This document shows, one piece after another, positions 54,845 through 64,000 of a DNA stretch of 64,000 nucleotides. This DNA comes from an uncultured Acidobacteriota bacterium (lineage in GTDB: Bacteria; Acidobacteriota; Vicinamibacteria; Vicinamibacterales; UBA2999), in assembly GCA_963807405.1 (NCBI GenBank), contig CAWEBU010000006.1, forward strand, positions 1,726,527 through 1,790,526. The letters run 5' to 3'. Within the stretch, counting starts at the first letter, position 1; every line of letters begins with the position of its first letter. The notes beneath the pieces are model-generated. The model was not told the origin of the DNA and made no database searches. It was given only the letters and a program-made list of their open reading frames with translations. The position numbers were made by a program, and so were the translations under genes.

Positions 54845-56692
54845 TCAGCAGCTCACGCAGCGGTGGCTGTTGGTCGCGCCCAGACTCTCGAGCAGCGCGA
54901 TCGCGTCCGGATACGGCTGCACGCGCTGCACCGGGCCGTTGGCCATGTCGACGGTGGTCTGCCCGGTGCGGCTGACGGCCGTCGGATCGGCGCCCTTCGA
55001 CACCAGGTACTTGAGGAGGTCGACGTCGCCGCGGGCCGCGGCGTGGTGGAGCGGGGTGTAGCCGTTGTGATCGCGTGCGTTGACGTCGGCGCCGAGTTCC
55101 TCGACGAGGAACCGCACCGCCGGCACCCAGCCATCTGGCACGTGGCGGTGGGTGTTGCCGGCAAAGCCCAGGCCGTAGCCGACGCCGGAGGCGGCGTGAA
55201 TCGCCGCCACCGCCGGCCCGTACCACGGCAGCGGTGCCAGGCCGGACTGGTCGGACTTGCTCGAGTCGGGACCCCCTTCCTCGTAGCGCTCTGGAACCTT
55301 GGCCGTGCGGATGCTGGGATCGGCGCCGTGCTTCAGCAGCAGCCGCATCGCCGGAATGTCGAGGGTGTAGGCGGCGAGCCAGAACGGGGTGGCTCCGGTG
55401 CGGTCCACGCCGAGGAGGTCGCGGTTGTAGGTCGTGTACCAGAGCGTCCGCGTCAGGCGCGCGTTCACGTCGGCGCCGGCTTCGATGAAGCGCTGCGCGA
55501 GATCGAGGTAGTCCACCGCCTGCTGCATGTAGTGGGCGGGCTGCGGATGGCGTGCCTTCGGCGCCCACTGCATGTTCAGGACGCCGTAGAGCGGGGTGGC
55601 GCCGGCATCGCTGGCCAGCCGGACGTCGGCGCCGCGTGCGAGCAGGGCCGCCGCCAGGTCGAAGTGGCCGTTGATGGTCGCCATGAGGAGCGGGCTCGTC
55701 TGGTCGCCCCCGCTCACCTGGTTGATGTCGGCGCCCAGCGAGAGGAGCGCCAGCGCCGTCTCCGCCTGCCCATCGCGCGCCGCGAGCAGCAGTGCCGTCA
55801 GGCCGCCGTGTGCGCCGACCAGCTCCGCGTAGCCGAGCGGTTCGGGTTCGTTGCCGGCGTCGTCGCCGCGCGGCGCCCGCGCGTTGGCCGCCGCCTTGGG
55901 CGCGCCGCCGATCTTCGCGAGCTGCTCGGCGCGCTCCCGCTGCAGCTGCGCGACGCGCTGGTTGCGGGCGCGGCTGTCGGCCTGGTCTTCCTTGTTGCGG
56001 GCCACGAGGTCGACGACCTTGGCCGTGGCGGCGAGGTCGGCGCCGCGCGCCGCCAGCACCTTGACGGCCTCGGTGCGGCCAGCGGCGGCCGCGAACATCA
56101 GGGGCGTCTGTCCCCACTGCGGCTCCCGCGCGTCGACCGGAGCGCCAGCGGCCACCAGGGCCTCGACCAGCGTGCGATCGCCGGCCGCCGCCGCCAGGTG
56201 CAGCGGCGACACGCCGGTCGACGACACGGCCGCGGCATCGGCCTTGGCGGCCAGCAGCAGCGTGCCGACCGTGGCGTGGCCGCGACGGGCCGCCAGGTGG
56301 AGCGGGGTGTAGTCGCCGAGCCGGGTCGTCGCGGTGACGTTGGCGCCGGCCGCCAGAAGGGCGGCGGCGATCTCGGCGTGGCCGCGTTCGGCCGCCCAGT
56401 GCAGCGCCGTCATGCCGTCGCCCTGCGCGGCGGAGACATCGGACCCGCCCGCGATGAGCGAGCGCACGGCCGCCAGATCCTCGCGCATCGCCGCGTCGGA
56501 GATCGCCGCCGGGGCCGGCGCGGCTGCCGGAGCACGCCCGGCGCCCGGCGCGGGCAGGGCGCGGGCGCCAACCGCCTCAGGCAGCGCACGCGCGGCGACC
56601 GCCCCAGGCAGCACACGCGCGGTCAGCGGACCGCCGCCGGCGAGAATCGCGGCGGCAACGCAGGCAGTGGTGAGCGAGCGGGATGTGGACAT
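54845..56692 (-). CDS. Exported ankyrin-repeat protein, module E (intact reference copy, 615 aa)
   Basis: Signal-like N-terminus. ANK repeats on both sides of a charged linker. Conserved central block LNMQWAPKARHPQP...GATPFWLAAY. C-terminus GATNSHRCVSC-stop. Confidence 0.85.
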   Translation of the reverse strand: MSTSRSLTTACVAAAILAGGGPLTARVLPGAVAARALPEAVGARALPAPGAGRAPAAAPAPAAISDAAMREDLAAVRSLIAGGSDVSAAQGDGMTALHWAAERGHAEIAAALLAAGANVTATTRLGDYTPLHLAARRGHATVGTLLLAAKADAAAVSSTGVSPLHLAAAAGDRTLVEALVAAGAPVDAREPQWGQTPLMFAAAAGRTEAVKVLAARGADLAATAKVVDLVARNKEDQADSRARNQRVAQLQRERAEQLAKIGGAPKAAANARAPRGDDAGNEPEPLGYAELVGAHGGLTALLLAARDGQAETALALLSLGADINQVSGGDQTSPLLMATINGHFDLAAALLARGADVRLASDAGATPLYGVLNMQWAPKARHPQPAHYMQQAVDYLDLAQRFIEAGADVNARLTRTLWYTTYNRDLLGVDRTGATPFWLAAYTLDIPAMRLLLKHGADPSIRTAKVPERYEEGGPDSSKSDQSGLAPLPWYGPAVAAIHAASGVGYGLGFAGNTHRHVPDGWVPAVRFLVEELGADVNARDHNGYTPLHHAAARGDVDLLKYLVSKGADPTAVSRTGQTTVDMANGPVQRVQPYPDAIALLESLGATNSHRCVSC

Positions 56693-56703
56693 CGCAGGCT
56701 CTC

Positions 56704-58107
56704 TCAGGCGGACTGCGAGGTGAGGGAGAAGGCGCCGGTGGAGTCGCCGAACTGCGCCATGTCGTCGATACCCACCATCTGCAGCACGCTCAGCATGACG
56801 TTGGCCATCGGCGTGCCGGCCGCGGCGCGGTGGTGCACGTTGCCGGCCAGGCGGCCGTGGGCGCCGCCGAGCAGCACCAGCGGGCAGCGCTTGTGGTTGT
56901 GCACGTTGCCATCGCCCATCGGCGATCCGTAGACGATCAGGCTCTTGTCGAGCAGGTTGGTGCCGCCTTCGTCGATCGCCTGCAGCTTCTCCATGAAATA
57001 CGGCAGCAGGCTCACGTGGTAGCGGTTGATCTGCGCGAACTCGAGGACGCTCGCCGGCTTGTTGCCGTGATGCGACGCCGGGTGGAAGCCCTTCGACACG
57101 CCGCTCTCGGGGTAGACGCGGCTCGAGGCGTCGCGGCCCGTCTTGAACGAGAACACGCGCGTGACGTCGGCCTGGAAGGCCAGGGCCTGCAGGTCGAACA
57201 TCAGCTTCATGTGCTCGTCGAAGGAGTCCGGCACGCCGGCCGGCGCGCCCGGCAACGTCCGCTCGTCACCGCTGGCGTTGCGCGCTTCGACCTGCTGGAT
57301 GCGGCGCTCGATCTCGCGCACGTTGTCGAGGTACTGCTCCATGCGACGGCGGTCGCTCGGGTCGAGCCGGCGGTTCAGGTCGGCCACCTGGCCGTTGACG
57401 TAGTCGAGCACGCTGGCCGTCGAGCGGCGCCGGGCCGCTCGCTCCGCGGCCGAGCCGCCCGCCCCGAACAGCTGGTCGAACGCCATCCGCGGATCGCGGA
57501 TCATCGGCAGCGGCTCGGTGGGCGATGCCCAGCTGATCATGTCGGTGTAGACGCAGGAGTAGCCGTAAGCGCAGCCGCCCGCCTGGTCGACGTTCTCGAT
57601 GCACAGCTGCATCGACGGGATGGGCGTGTCCTGACCGTACTTCTGCGCGTAGATCTGGTCGATCGAGGTGCCGGCCCGCACGTCCGAGCTCTCGGTCTGC
57701 CGCGGGTGTGCCTGGGTGAGGAACACCGCGCTCGAGCGGAAGTGGTCGCCGCCGATCTCGGGCTGGCTGAACGCCTCGGCATTGCGGACGTCGGTGTCGC
57801 TGACGATCGTGAGGTGCTGCCGCCACGGCTCGAGCGGGCTGAGCGACGTCGGCGCGAGGTCGAAGGCATGGCCGGCATCCACCGGCGACCACAGGTGCTG
57901 CTCGGCGCCCCACGGACTGCTGCCGGCCGAGCCGTGCACCATCTCGATGGTGACCAGGCGCGGGCGGTCGAGCGAGGCCGCGGTGGCCGTGCCGGCGAAC
58001 AGGCCGCGCGCCGGCACCATCGCGTCGAGGAACGGCAGCGCGACGGTGGCCCCGAGCCCCCGCAACATGGTGCGTCGTGCCACGTGCTTCCCAGTGATGA
58101 ACGACAT
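56704..58107 (-). CDS. Tat-signal HXXSHH / DUF1552 family protein, module E
   Basis: 467 aa. Leader KHVARRTMLRGLGATVALPFLDAMVP. Motifs FHPASHH and NVHNHKRCPLVLLGGAHG. Confidence 0.85.
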   Translation of the reverse strand: MSFITGKHVARRTMLRGLGATVALPFLDAMVPARGLFAGTATAASLDRPRLVTIEMVHGSAGSSPWGAEQHLWSPVDAGHAFDLAPTSLSPLEPWRQHLTIVSDTDVRNAEAFSQPEIGGDHFRSSAVFLTQAHPRQTESSDVRAGTSIDQIYAQKYGQDTPIPSMQLCIENVDQAGGCAYGYSCVYTDMISWASPTEPLPMIRDPRMAFDQLFGAGGSAAERAARRRSTASVLDYVNGQVADLNRRLDPSDRRRMEQYLDNVREIERRIQQVEARNASGDERTLPGAPAGVPDSFDEHMKLMFDLQALAFQADVTRVFSFKTGRDASSRVYPESGVSKGFHPASHHGNKPASVLEFAQINRYHVSLLPYFMEKLQAIDEGGTNLLDKSLIVYGSPMGDGNVHNHKRCPLVLLGGAHGRLAGNVHHRAAAGTPMANVMLSVLQMVGIDDMAQFGDSTGAFSLTSQSA

Positions 58108-58139
58108 GCTCGGTCTCCCCCGTCGATCGTGTGGCTGCG

Positions 58140-60621
58140 TCAGTGCTGGCCGGCGCCGCCCGCGACGGTCGTCGCGGGCGCATCGGCACTCTTCATGCGG
58201 AACGCCGGCGACGTGACAATCCCGGTCACGAACGCGGCAAAGGTGTTGCCTTCAGTGGCGGCGCCGCGGACGAGACCGCGCACCATCGGCATGTCGGACG
58301 CGGTGAGGCGGCGGCCGAGGGCATAGGTGGCCAGATTCTCGGCGAAGGTCCCCACCAGCACGTCCGCCCGCTTCATGAGCGCCTGCTGCAGGTCGTGCGC
58401 GCTCGCGAGCGGCGTGCCGTCGTAGAGCGCGCTGGCCGGATCGACGGGCATGCCGTTGTCCTTGATGCGCCAGGCGCCGGCCACGTCGAAGTTCTCGAGC
58501 GCCAGCCCGATCGGGTCGATCATCCGGTGGCAGGACATGCAGGCCGGGTTGCTCCGGTGCTGCTCGAGCCGCTCGCGCACGGTGCGCAGGCGCCCGCCTT
58601 CGGCGTCCGGCGTCTCGTCGAGCGCCGGGATGTTGGGCGGCGGCGGCGGCGGCGGCGTGCCGAGCAGCACCTCCATCACCCACTTGCCGCGCAGCACCGG
58701 CGACGTGCGTTCGGCCTCGGAGGTGAGCGTCAGGATGCTGGCGTGGCCGAGCAGCCCGCGCCGCCGGTCGTCAGGATACGCGACCCGCCGCATCTCGGGG
58801 CCGACGATGCCCTTGAGATCGTAGTGACGCGCCAGACGTTCGTCGACGAACGTGTAGTCGGCGGTGAAGAGCTCGGTGACCGGACGCCTGGCCCGCACGA
58901 TGTGCCGGAAGAAGGTCTCGGTCTCGCGGCGCATCGAGGTCTTGAGCTGCTCGTCCACGTCCGGGTAGAAGCGGACGTCGGGATGGATCTTGTCGAGGTC
59001 CTGCAGGCGCAGCCACTGGGCGGCGAAGCGCGAGGCCAGGATGTCGGCGCGCGGGTCGGCGAGCAGCCGCGCCACCTGCGCCTCGAGCACACCGGGACGC
59101 GACAGCCGCGACGCCTCGGCCAGCCGCAGCAGTTCCTGGTCGGGCGCCGATGCCCACAGGAAGTAGGACAGGCGCGAGGCGAGATCGACGTCGCTCACCG
59201 CGTAGGCCTTGCCGGCCTCGACCGACGCCGGCCGTTCCTCGAAGCGGAACACGAAGCGGGGGCTGGCCAGGATCCCTTCGAGGGCCATGCGGATGCCCTC
59301 TTCGAAGCCGCCGTCGGCGTTGCCCTTGCGGTAGAGCGCCATCAGCGCGTTGACGTCCTTCTCACTGGCGCTGCGCCGGAAGGCCTGCGAGGCCAGCCCG
59401 CTCACGATGCGCTGCGCGCACTGCAGCTGCTGCGCGGGCGACGTCGGCTGGCACTGGAAGATGTGGCGCCGGCTCGGCGTCTCGGACACGCCAGTCGGCT
59501 CGAACGGCCCGGTGATGGCCACGTCGCGCAGGTGCGGCAGCGTGGTGAAGCCGTAGGCGTCGGCGATGCTGGTGCTGGCGATCGACCACTCGAGCGGCGT
59601 GATGAGGTCCTGCACCGGCCCTTCGAAGCGGGCGACGAAGGCGGCCGCCACGCGGTGCGGGCCGGCGGTGACGGCGATCGGCTCGGTGCGCAGGTTCACG
59701 CCGTCCGGATCGGAGCTGTTCATCCAGCGGTCGACATCGAGCAGCGCCACCCGCACGCCGTCGATCGAGATCTCGACCTGCTCGGGCGCCTCGGCCGTGT
59801 GCAGCGCGGCGCGGCCGTTGCCGTACAGCGCGCCGGTCGTCTCGTGGTAGAAGGACACGCGGAAGCGGTAGTCGCCGTCGGCCGGGAAAGGTGTGCAGCG
59901 TCGCCATGCCGCCGCGGGTGCCGAACGGCGCGCCCTCGGCCTGCTCGCGCTGCGAGGCGGTGCGCGGAATGAGGAACGACACCTCGCGCGCCGTCGCCGA
60001 GCGATCGCCCACCGCCAAACGGCTGATCTCGGCCGCGGCCGTCAGATACGACTGCATGGTCGTCGGCGACAGGATCTGCGCCGCGGCGATGTTGTCGAAG
60101 TTCGCCATCTTGGTGTCGAGCGGCAGGAACTCGCCGGCGTCGACATCGAGACCGAGCAGGTCGCGCACCGACTGCGCGTATTCGGCACGGTTCAGACGCT
60201 GGAACGACCGGCGGCCGGGCGAGCCGGACGCGGCGCTGGCGTCGGAGGCGGCCTCGAGCGTGGCGGCCAGGGCGTCGAGCGCGGCCTCGGAAGGCCGTCG
60301 CCCGCCGGCCGGCGGCATCTGGCCGGCCCGCACCTTGCGGATCATCTTCTCGGTGACGTCGAGATTCTCGCCGGCGCGAGCCACCTGAAAGCCCTGGAGG
60401 CTCAGGCCCCCGGCCTTCGCCCGATCGTTGTGGCAGCCGGTGCACGACTGCTCGACGAGCGCCTGCGGTGAGCCGGCGGCGGGCGCGGTCGCCGGGCCGG
60501 ACGCCGGCGGCGCCTGGGCATGGGAGGCCACGGGACTCGGCGTCGACTGGGACGCAGCGGACACGGCCGCTCCGGCAGCCAGCACGGTCAGGGCGTAGGG
60601 CGCGAGATTCCGCATCGACAT
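58140..60621 (-). pseudogene. Multi-domain c-type cytochrome (PSD type), module E, split by a 1-nt insertion at about 59887..59889
   Basis: ORF 59362..60621 carries the signal, the CTGCH haem motif and QRLNRAEYA, then degenerates after ...ATLHTFPG. ORF 58140..59858 carries the rest (SFYHETTGALYGNG... to CMSCHRMIDPIGLALENFD). Removing one A from the AAA at 59887..59889 joins them as ...HTFPADGDYRFRVSFYHE... Confidence 0.75.
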
Positions 60622-60721
60622 CAGAAAGTCAGGTCATAGTAGCAGCTTGCAGGGCCCGGCGGGGGATGGCGCCGGGGTCTACCGACCGTGAAATCCAGAG
60701 ACAATCAGCGACGTCGCGCGG

Positions 60722-61549
60722 TCAGTAGAGGACGGCGCCCTCGCCCCGCTCGGCGATCAGCCGGTCGAAGTGCGCCACCAGCCGATCGCGCCGCGCCAGG
60801 ATGGCCTTGACCTCGTCGCCAGTGAGCGCGCCGTCCACCGCCTCGGCCAGGCCGGGCCGCGTCAGGCCCCGGAGCGCCGCCAGCACCGCCCGGTCGCAGG
60901 TCGTGAGCGAAGCCTGCGGCCGCAGCGCGGTCTCGAGGCGGAAGGCCCGGCTGAAGTCGAGCATGATGACGCGCCAGTCGCTCGTGTAGACGATGTTGCC
61001 CTTGTTGCGGTCGCTGTCGCGGACGAGCTCGGCGAAGAGCGCCATGCGCTGGCGCTGGCGGCTGAAGTCACGGGCGTTCGGCGGCTGGAGGTCCTTCGCC
61101 TCGCGCTCGGCCTCGTCCATCATCACGTCGTCCACCCACCACGACAGCGAGCCGGGCGCGCCCGCGATGGCGCGTTCGATGGTCGGCGGCATCATGTGCC
61201 CCAGGCCCAGGTGGGAGGCCAGCCGCCAGGCCGCGATGTTGTAGCGATAGTGGTCGACGAAGCGCAGTTCGCCGGCGCGCCGCTTGCCGTCGAAGTGCGG
61301 TTCCTCGGCGATGCGCTGGAAGGCGGCGTCGTGTGTCAGGCGCCCGTCCGAGAGCACCACCCGCAGCGCGCCGGTGATGCCCTTGCCGATCGGCCGGGAC
61401 GAGACGATGCGCGCGTCCCGCAGGAACGCCAGCTGTGCGTCAGTGGACAGCGGGGCCGCGGACGGCACGCCGGCCGGTTGCGCCACCGCATGCGGCGGCA
61501 GCCCGACGACGAGCAGGGCCACGAGAGCGGCGATGGGTGCGCGCAGCAT
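60722..61549 (-). CDS. Exported hypothetical protein with a PI3K/PI4K-like atypical-kinase motif pattern
   Basis: Signal peptide MLRAPIAALVALLVVGLPPHAVAQ (start at 61549 preferred over 61633). DSDRNKGNI followed by VIMLDFSRAF resembles a catalytic loop plus a DFG-equivalent. The family call is tentative. Confidence 0.45.
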   Translation of the reverse strand: MLRAPIAALVALLVVGLPPHAVAQPAGVPSAAPLSTDAQLAFLRDARIVSSRPIGKGITGALRVVLSDGRLTHDAAFQRIAEEPHFDGKRRAGELRFVDHYRYNIAAWRLASHLGLGHMMPPTIERAIAGAPGSLSWWVDDVMMDEAEREAKDLQPPNARDFSRQRQRMALFAELVRDSDRNKGNIVYTSDWRVIMLDFSRAFRLETALRPQASLTTCDRAVLAALRGLTRPGLAEAVDGALTGDEVKAILARRDRLVAHFDRLIAERGEGAVLY

Positions 61550-61592
61550 CGGCCTCCGGATGGCGGGCGCCGGAGCCGACCGCCAGGAGCGA

Positions 61593-63362
61593 TCAGTCGG
61601 CCGACGGCTTGGACGCCGGATGGATGATGGCATAGGCCGGCAGTCCCACGGCCTTGAATCGTTTCATCATCTCCGCCGAGGGCGGTTCGTCCGGCTGCTC
61701 GGCCTGGACCTTGATCTTGACGTAGCCGTCGAGGGCCGCCGTCACCGCCGGGTCGGCCAGCGTGGTCTTGTCCATCGTGAGGCAGTTCTTGCACCACGTG
61801 GCCCACATGTCGATGAGCACGGGCTTCCCTTCACGCTCGGCCACCGCCAGGCCTTCCGCGAGGGAGGAGTGCCAGCCTTCCTTCAGCTTCTCGTCGACGC
61901 TCGACGCGACCTCGGCCGCGTCCACCCACTGATTGGCGAACAGTCCGTACGACAGATAGCCGTAGTAGACCGCCGTGCCGAGGATGAGCACGCCGAACGC
62001 CTGCTTCACCCGTACCATCCACGGCCCGGGCTTGGGCAGGGACGCCAGGCCGGCGCCGGCGAGCGGCCACGGAATCGCCATGCCGATGCCGAGGAAGAAC
62101 GGCAGCGCCAGCGCCGCGGTCGTGCCCGTCGCGTAGAGGTTGCTCGCGAACAGCACCACCTGGATGACGACCGGCGCCACGCACGCCCCGGCCAGCAGCG
62201 CGGCCACGGTGCCCATCGTGAAGGCCAGGCCGAAGCTGCCGCGCGCGCCGCCCGAACCGACGCTGCCGGCGAAGCGCGAGAAGTCGATCTCGAAGACGTC
62301 GAACATGGCGAGCGCGAGCGCGATGAAGAGCACCGCGATGCCGAGGTTGAACCACGGCGAGGCGTTGATGGTGCCGAAGGTGCTCGCCGTCAGCACCACG
62401 ATCAGCCCGAGCACGCCGTAGACGAAGGCCATCGCTCCGCCGTAGGTGAGGCCGAGCAGGAACCCGCGCTGGCGCGAGCCGGCCTGCGCGCCGGCACCGA
62501 TGATGGCGAGATTGATCGGGATCATCGGCAGCACGCACGGCGTGAGGTTGAGCGCCAGTCCGCCGATCAACACGAGCAGCAGGATGGCCAGCGGCCCCCG
62601 CCCCTCGAACAGGCCACGCTCGGTGATGCCGGCTTCCGCGTTCGAGATGAACGTCATGAAGTCCCCGGTGCCGAGGTAGCCGCCGGTCGTAGAGACGACC
62701 GTGAAGCTCGCGAGCTGCGCCAGGCCGTCACCCGCCGCATCGACGACGGCCGGCGCCGCGGCCGCGAACGGCGGTGGCGCCACCGCCGGCGCTTCCCCGC
62801 TGCCGAAGGCAATCGCGCCGAGCACGTCGTCGTGCTGCGGCGTCACGCTGGCACCGGCGGCCACGACCTCGACGGTCCACTCGCCCTTCTTCGACGTCGG
62901 CGCGAAGCACACCTTGTCGTCGCACGCCTGGTAGTGCAGCTCGAAGGGTATGGTGCGCGGCCCGGTCGGCAGGTCGGCGGCCAGCGCGAACTGCACGCCG
63001 ATCGTGAAGTCGTGCTCGAACACGAGCAGCGGCTCCGGCAGCCCTTCCTGCGGGAAGTCCACGGCCTGCGGGAACACGACCTCGACGCCGGTGACGCCGG
63101 TCGGCGGCTCGAGCATCAGTTCCGTCGGGATGAGCGCCGGATCGCGCGGCTTGTTCGACTGGACGTGCAGGCCGTCTGGCAGCGTCACGCGCAGCGCGGC
63201 CTTGACGGTCGAGCCGGCGCGCAGCCCGTCGCTTTCGACCAGGGGCACGATGTCGACAGGAATCCGGCGCAACTGCGCCTGGGAGGGCAGGACGCCGGCC
63301 AGCAGGGCCAGCACGGCCAGGCTCAGGCGGACATGCGGGAGAAGATCGCTCAATCGTGGCAT
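61593..63362 (-). CDS. dsbD: Thiol:disulfide interchange protein DsbD
   Basis: N-terminal periplasmic domain with YQACDDKVC. Membrane core with LTPCVLPMIPI and a second half-site (LLAGACVAP). C-terminal thioredoxin domain WATWCKNC. ATG at 63362. Confidence 0.85.
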   Translation of the reverse strand: MPRLSDLLPHVRLSLAVLALLAGVLPSQAQLRRIPVDIVPLVESDGLRAGSTVKAALRVTLPDGLHVQSNKPRDPALIPTELMLEPPTGVTGVEVVFPQAVDFPQEGLPEPLLVFEHDFTIGVQFALAADLPTGPRTIPFELHYQACDDKVCFAPTSKKGEWTVEVVAAGASVTPQHDDVLGAIAFGSGEAPAVAPPPFAAAAPAVVDAAGDGLAQLASFTVVSTTGGYLGTGDFMTFISNAEAGITERGLFEGRGPLAILLLVLIGGLALNLTPCVLPMIPINLAIIGAGAQAGSRQRGFLLGLTYGGAMAFVYGVLGLIVVLTASTFGTINASPWFNLGIAVLFIALALAMFDVFEIDFSRFAGSVGSGGARGSFGLAFTMGTVAALLAGACVAPVVIQVVLFASNLYATGTTAALALPFFLGIGMAIPWPLAGAGLASLPKPGPWMVRVKQAFGVLILGTAVYYGYLSYGLFANQWVDAAEVASSVDEKLKEGWHSSLAEGLAVAEREGKPVLIDMWATWCKNCLTMDKTTLADPAVTAALDGYVKIKVQAEQPDEPPSAEMMKRFKAVGLPAYAIIHPASKPSAD

Positions 63363-63495
63363 TGCGTTCTCGATAGTAACCTGCCGGCAGTGTCCGGCTG
63401 TCTCGCGGTTCGACGTCGCGCCGGCAACAGCGGTTTCAGCTGAGCGGCGGCGTGCGGCGGCCGATCGGCCCGCGCCCCCGGTCTGGCAGGCTCGC

Positions 63496-64000
63496 TTACC
63501 ACCCGGCCGGCAGGTCTGGCACGGTGTCCCGCACGATCTCGGCGACGGCCCGACGGACATCCGCCGTGAGGTGCGGCTGGCGCGCCGCCGGGACCTCCGC
63601 CCTCAGGATGGCACCCAGGCGGTTGAGCACCGCGTGGCGCACCTCCCTGGGCAGGGCGGCGAACTGGCGACCATGGATCAGGTAGCTGAGCGGATAGCGG
63701 AAGAGCCGCGTCTGCAGGTCGAACTGCCGCAGGGAGCGGCCGCGGCCATCGCGGGGACCACGACCGCTGAAGCTGGCCGCGAACGACGACATGCCGGTGA
63801 CCGGTGCCGCCAGTGGCGCCTCGCCGGTGAAGAGCAGGTAGTCGGCGAGCGCGTCGAGGTCGTCGTCGAGGCTGCGGCCGGGCCCGGGTGCCGACGTGCC
63901 CGCGAGCCGCGCCTGCCACGCCACGCGCGTCAGCAGGTTCGTGCCCTGCGTCTGGTGTTCGAGGACCATCAGCGCCACGATGTCGCTCGTCGGCGCCAGA
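63496..64000 (-). CDS. Hypothetical protein, C-terminal part (gene continues past the right edge)
   Basis: The frame is open to the window end. It ends ...RSLRQFDLQTRLFRYPLSYLIHGRQFAALPREVRHAVLNRLGAIL...LPAGW-stop. No family assigned confidently. Confidence 0.4.
   Translation of the reverse strand, partial: LAPTSDIVALMVLEHQTQGTNLLTRVAWQARLAGTSAPGPGRSLDDDLDALADYLLFTGEAPLAAPVTGMSSFAASFSGRGPRDGRGRSLRQFDLQTRLFRYPLSYLIHGRQFAALPREVRHAVLNRLGAILRAEVPAARQPHLTADVRRAVAEIVRDTVPDLPAGW

Overview
High-GC bacterial chromosomal window: hand counts of sampled stretches give about 75-78% GC in most of it and about 52-63% in a block at 36.2-41.9 kb. It holds roughly 50 genes, one tRNA, no rRNA, no CRISPR and no recognisable transposase or integrase. 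The gene content suggests a soil Acidobacteriota, Gemmatimonadota or Planctomycetota-like organism, but this cannot be assigned from sequence alone.

The dominant feature is a paralogous three-gene module present five times.
- Gene 1 is a Sec-type multi-domain c-type cytochrome of the planctomycete PSD / DUF1592-1595-1587-1588-1585 architecture.
- Gene 2 is a Tat-signal HXXSHH (DUF1552) protein.
- Gene 3 is an exported ankyrin-repeat protein ending in an invariant H-[KR]-C-V-S-C-stop tail.
- Four copies are chained head-to-tail on the minus strand from 20321 to 1. One of these lacks the ankyrin gene, and the array continues off the left edge.
- The fifth copy lies at 54845..60621, downstream of dsbD.

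Several module genes carry single-nucleotide indels, and one has a Cys-to-Arg change in its haem motif. This is either decay of redundant paralogs or assembly error.

The rest of the window is housekeeping or accessory:
- msrA fused to a 2TM domain, a large GT-C-like membrane protein, pdxH and a PhzF-family gene.
- A TctC-TctB fusion, tctA, ubiX and an M49 DPP-III lipoprotein.
- An S58/DmpA peptidase, a GT2 and a FAD oxidoreductase.
- tRNA-Arg(UCU), followed by a lower-GC block of small exported proteins.
- A GH13/TreS-like enzyme and a glycogen debranching enzyme.
- An RpiA-gluconokinase fusion, a metallophosphoesterase, a HEAT-repeat protein and rsmH.
- A hydrolase, a TPR-DUF2914 protein, a frameshifted amidohydrolase and an FMN reductase.

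Other notable structures are a near-perfect 54-nt-arm inverted repeat between convergent genes (25245..25384) and a 15-nt duplicate of the tRNA 3' end.

The long ORFs opposite real genes are high-GC shadows. The ORF track shows GTG/TTG starts as M.
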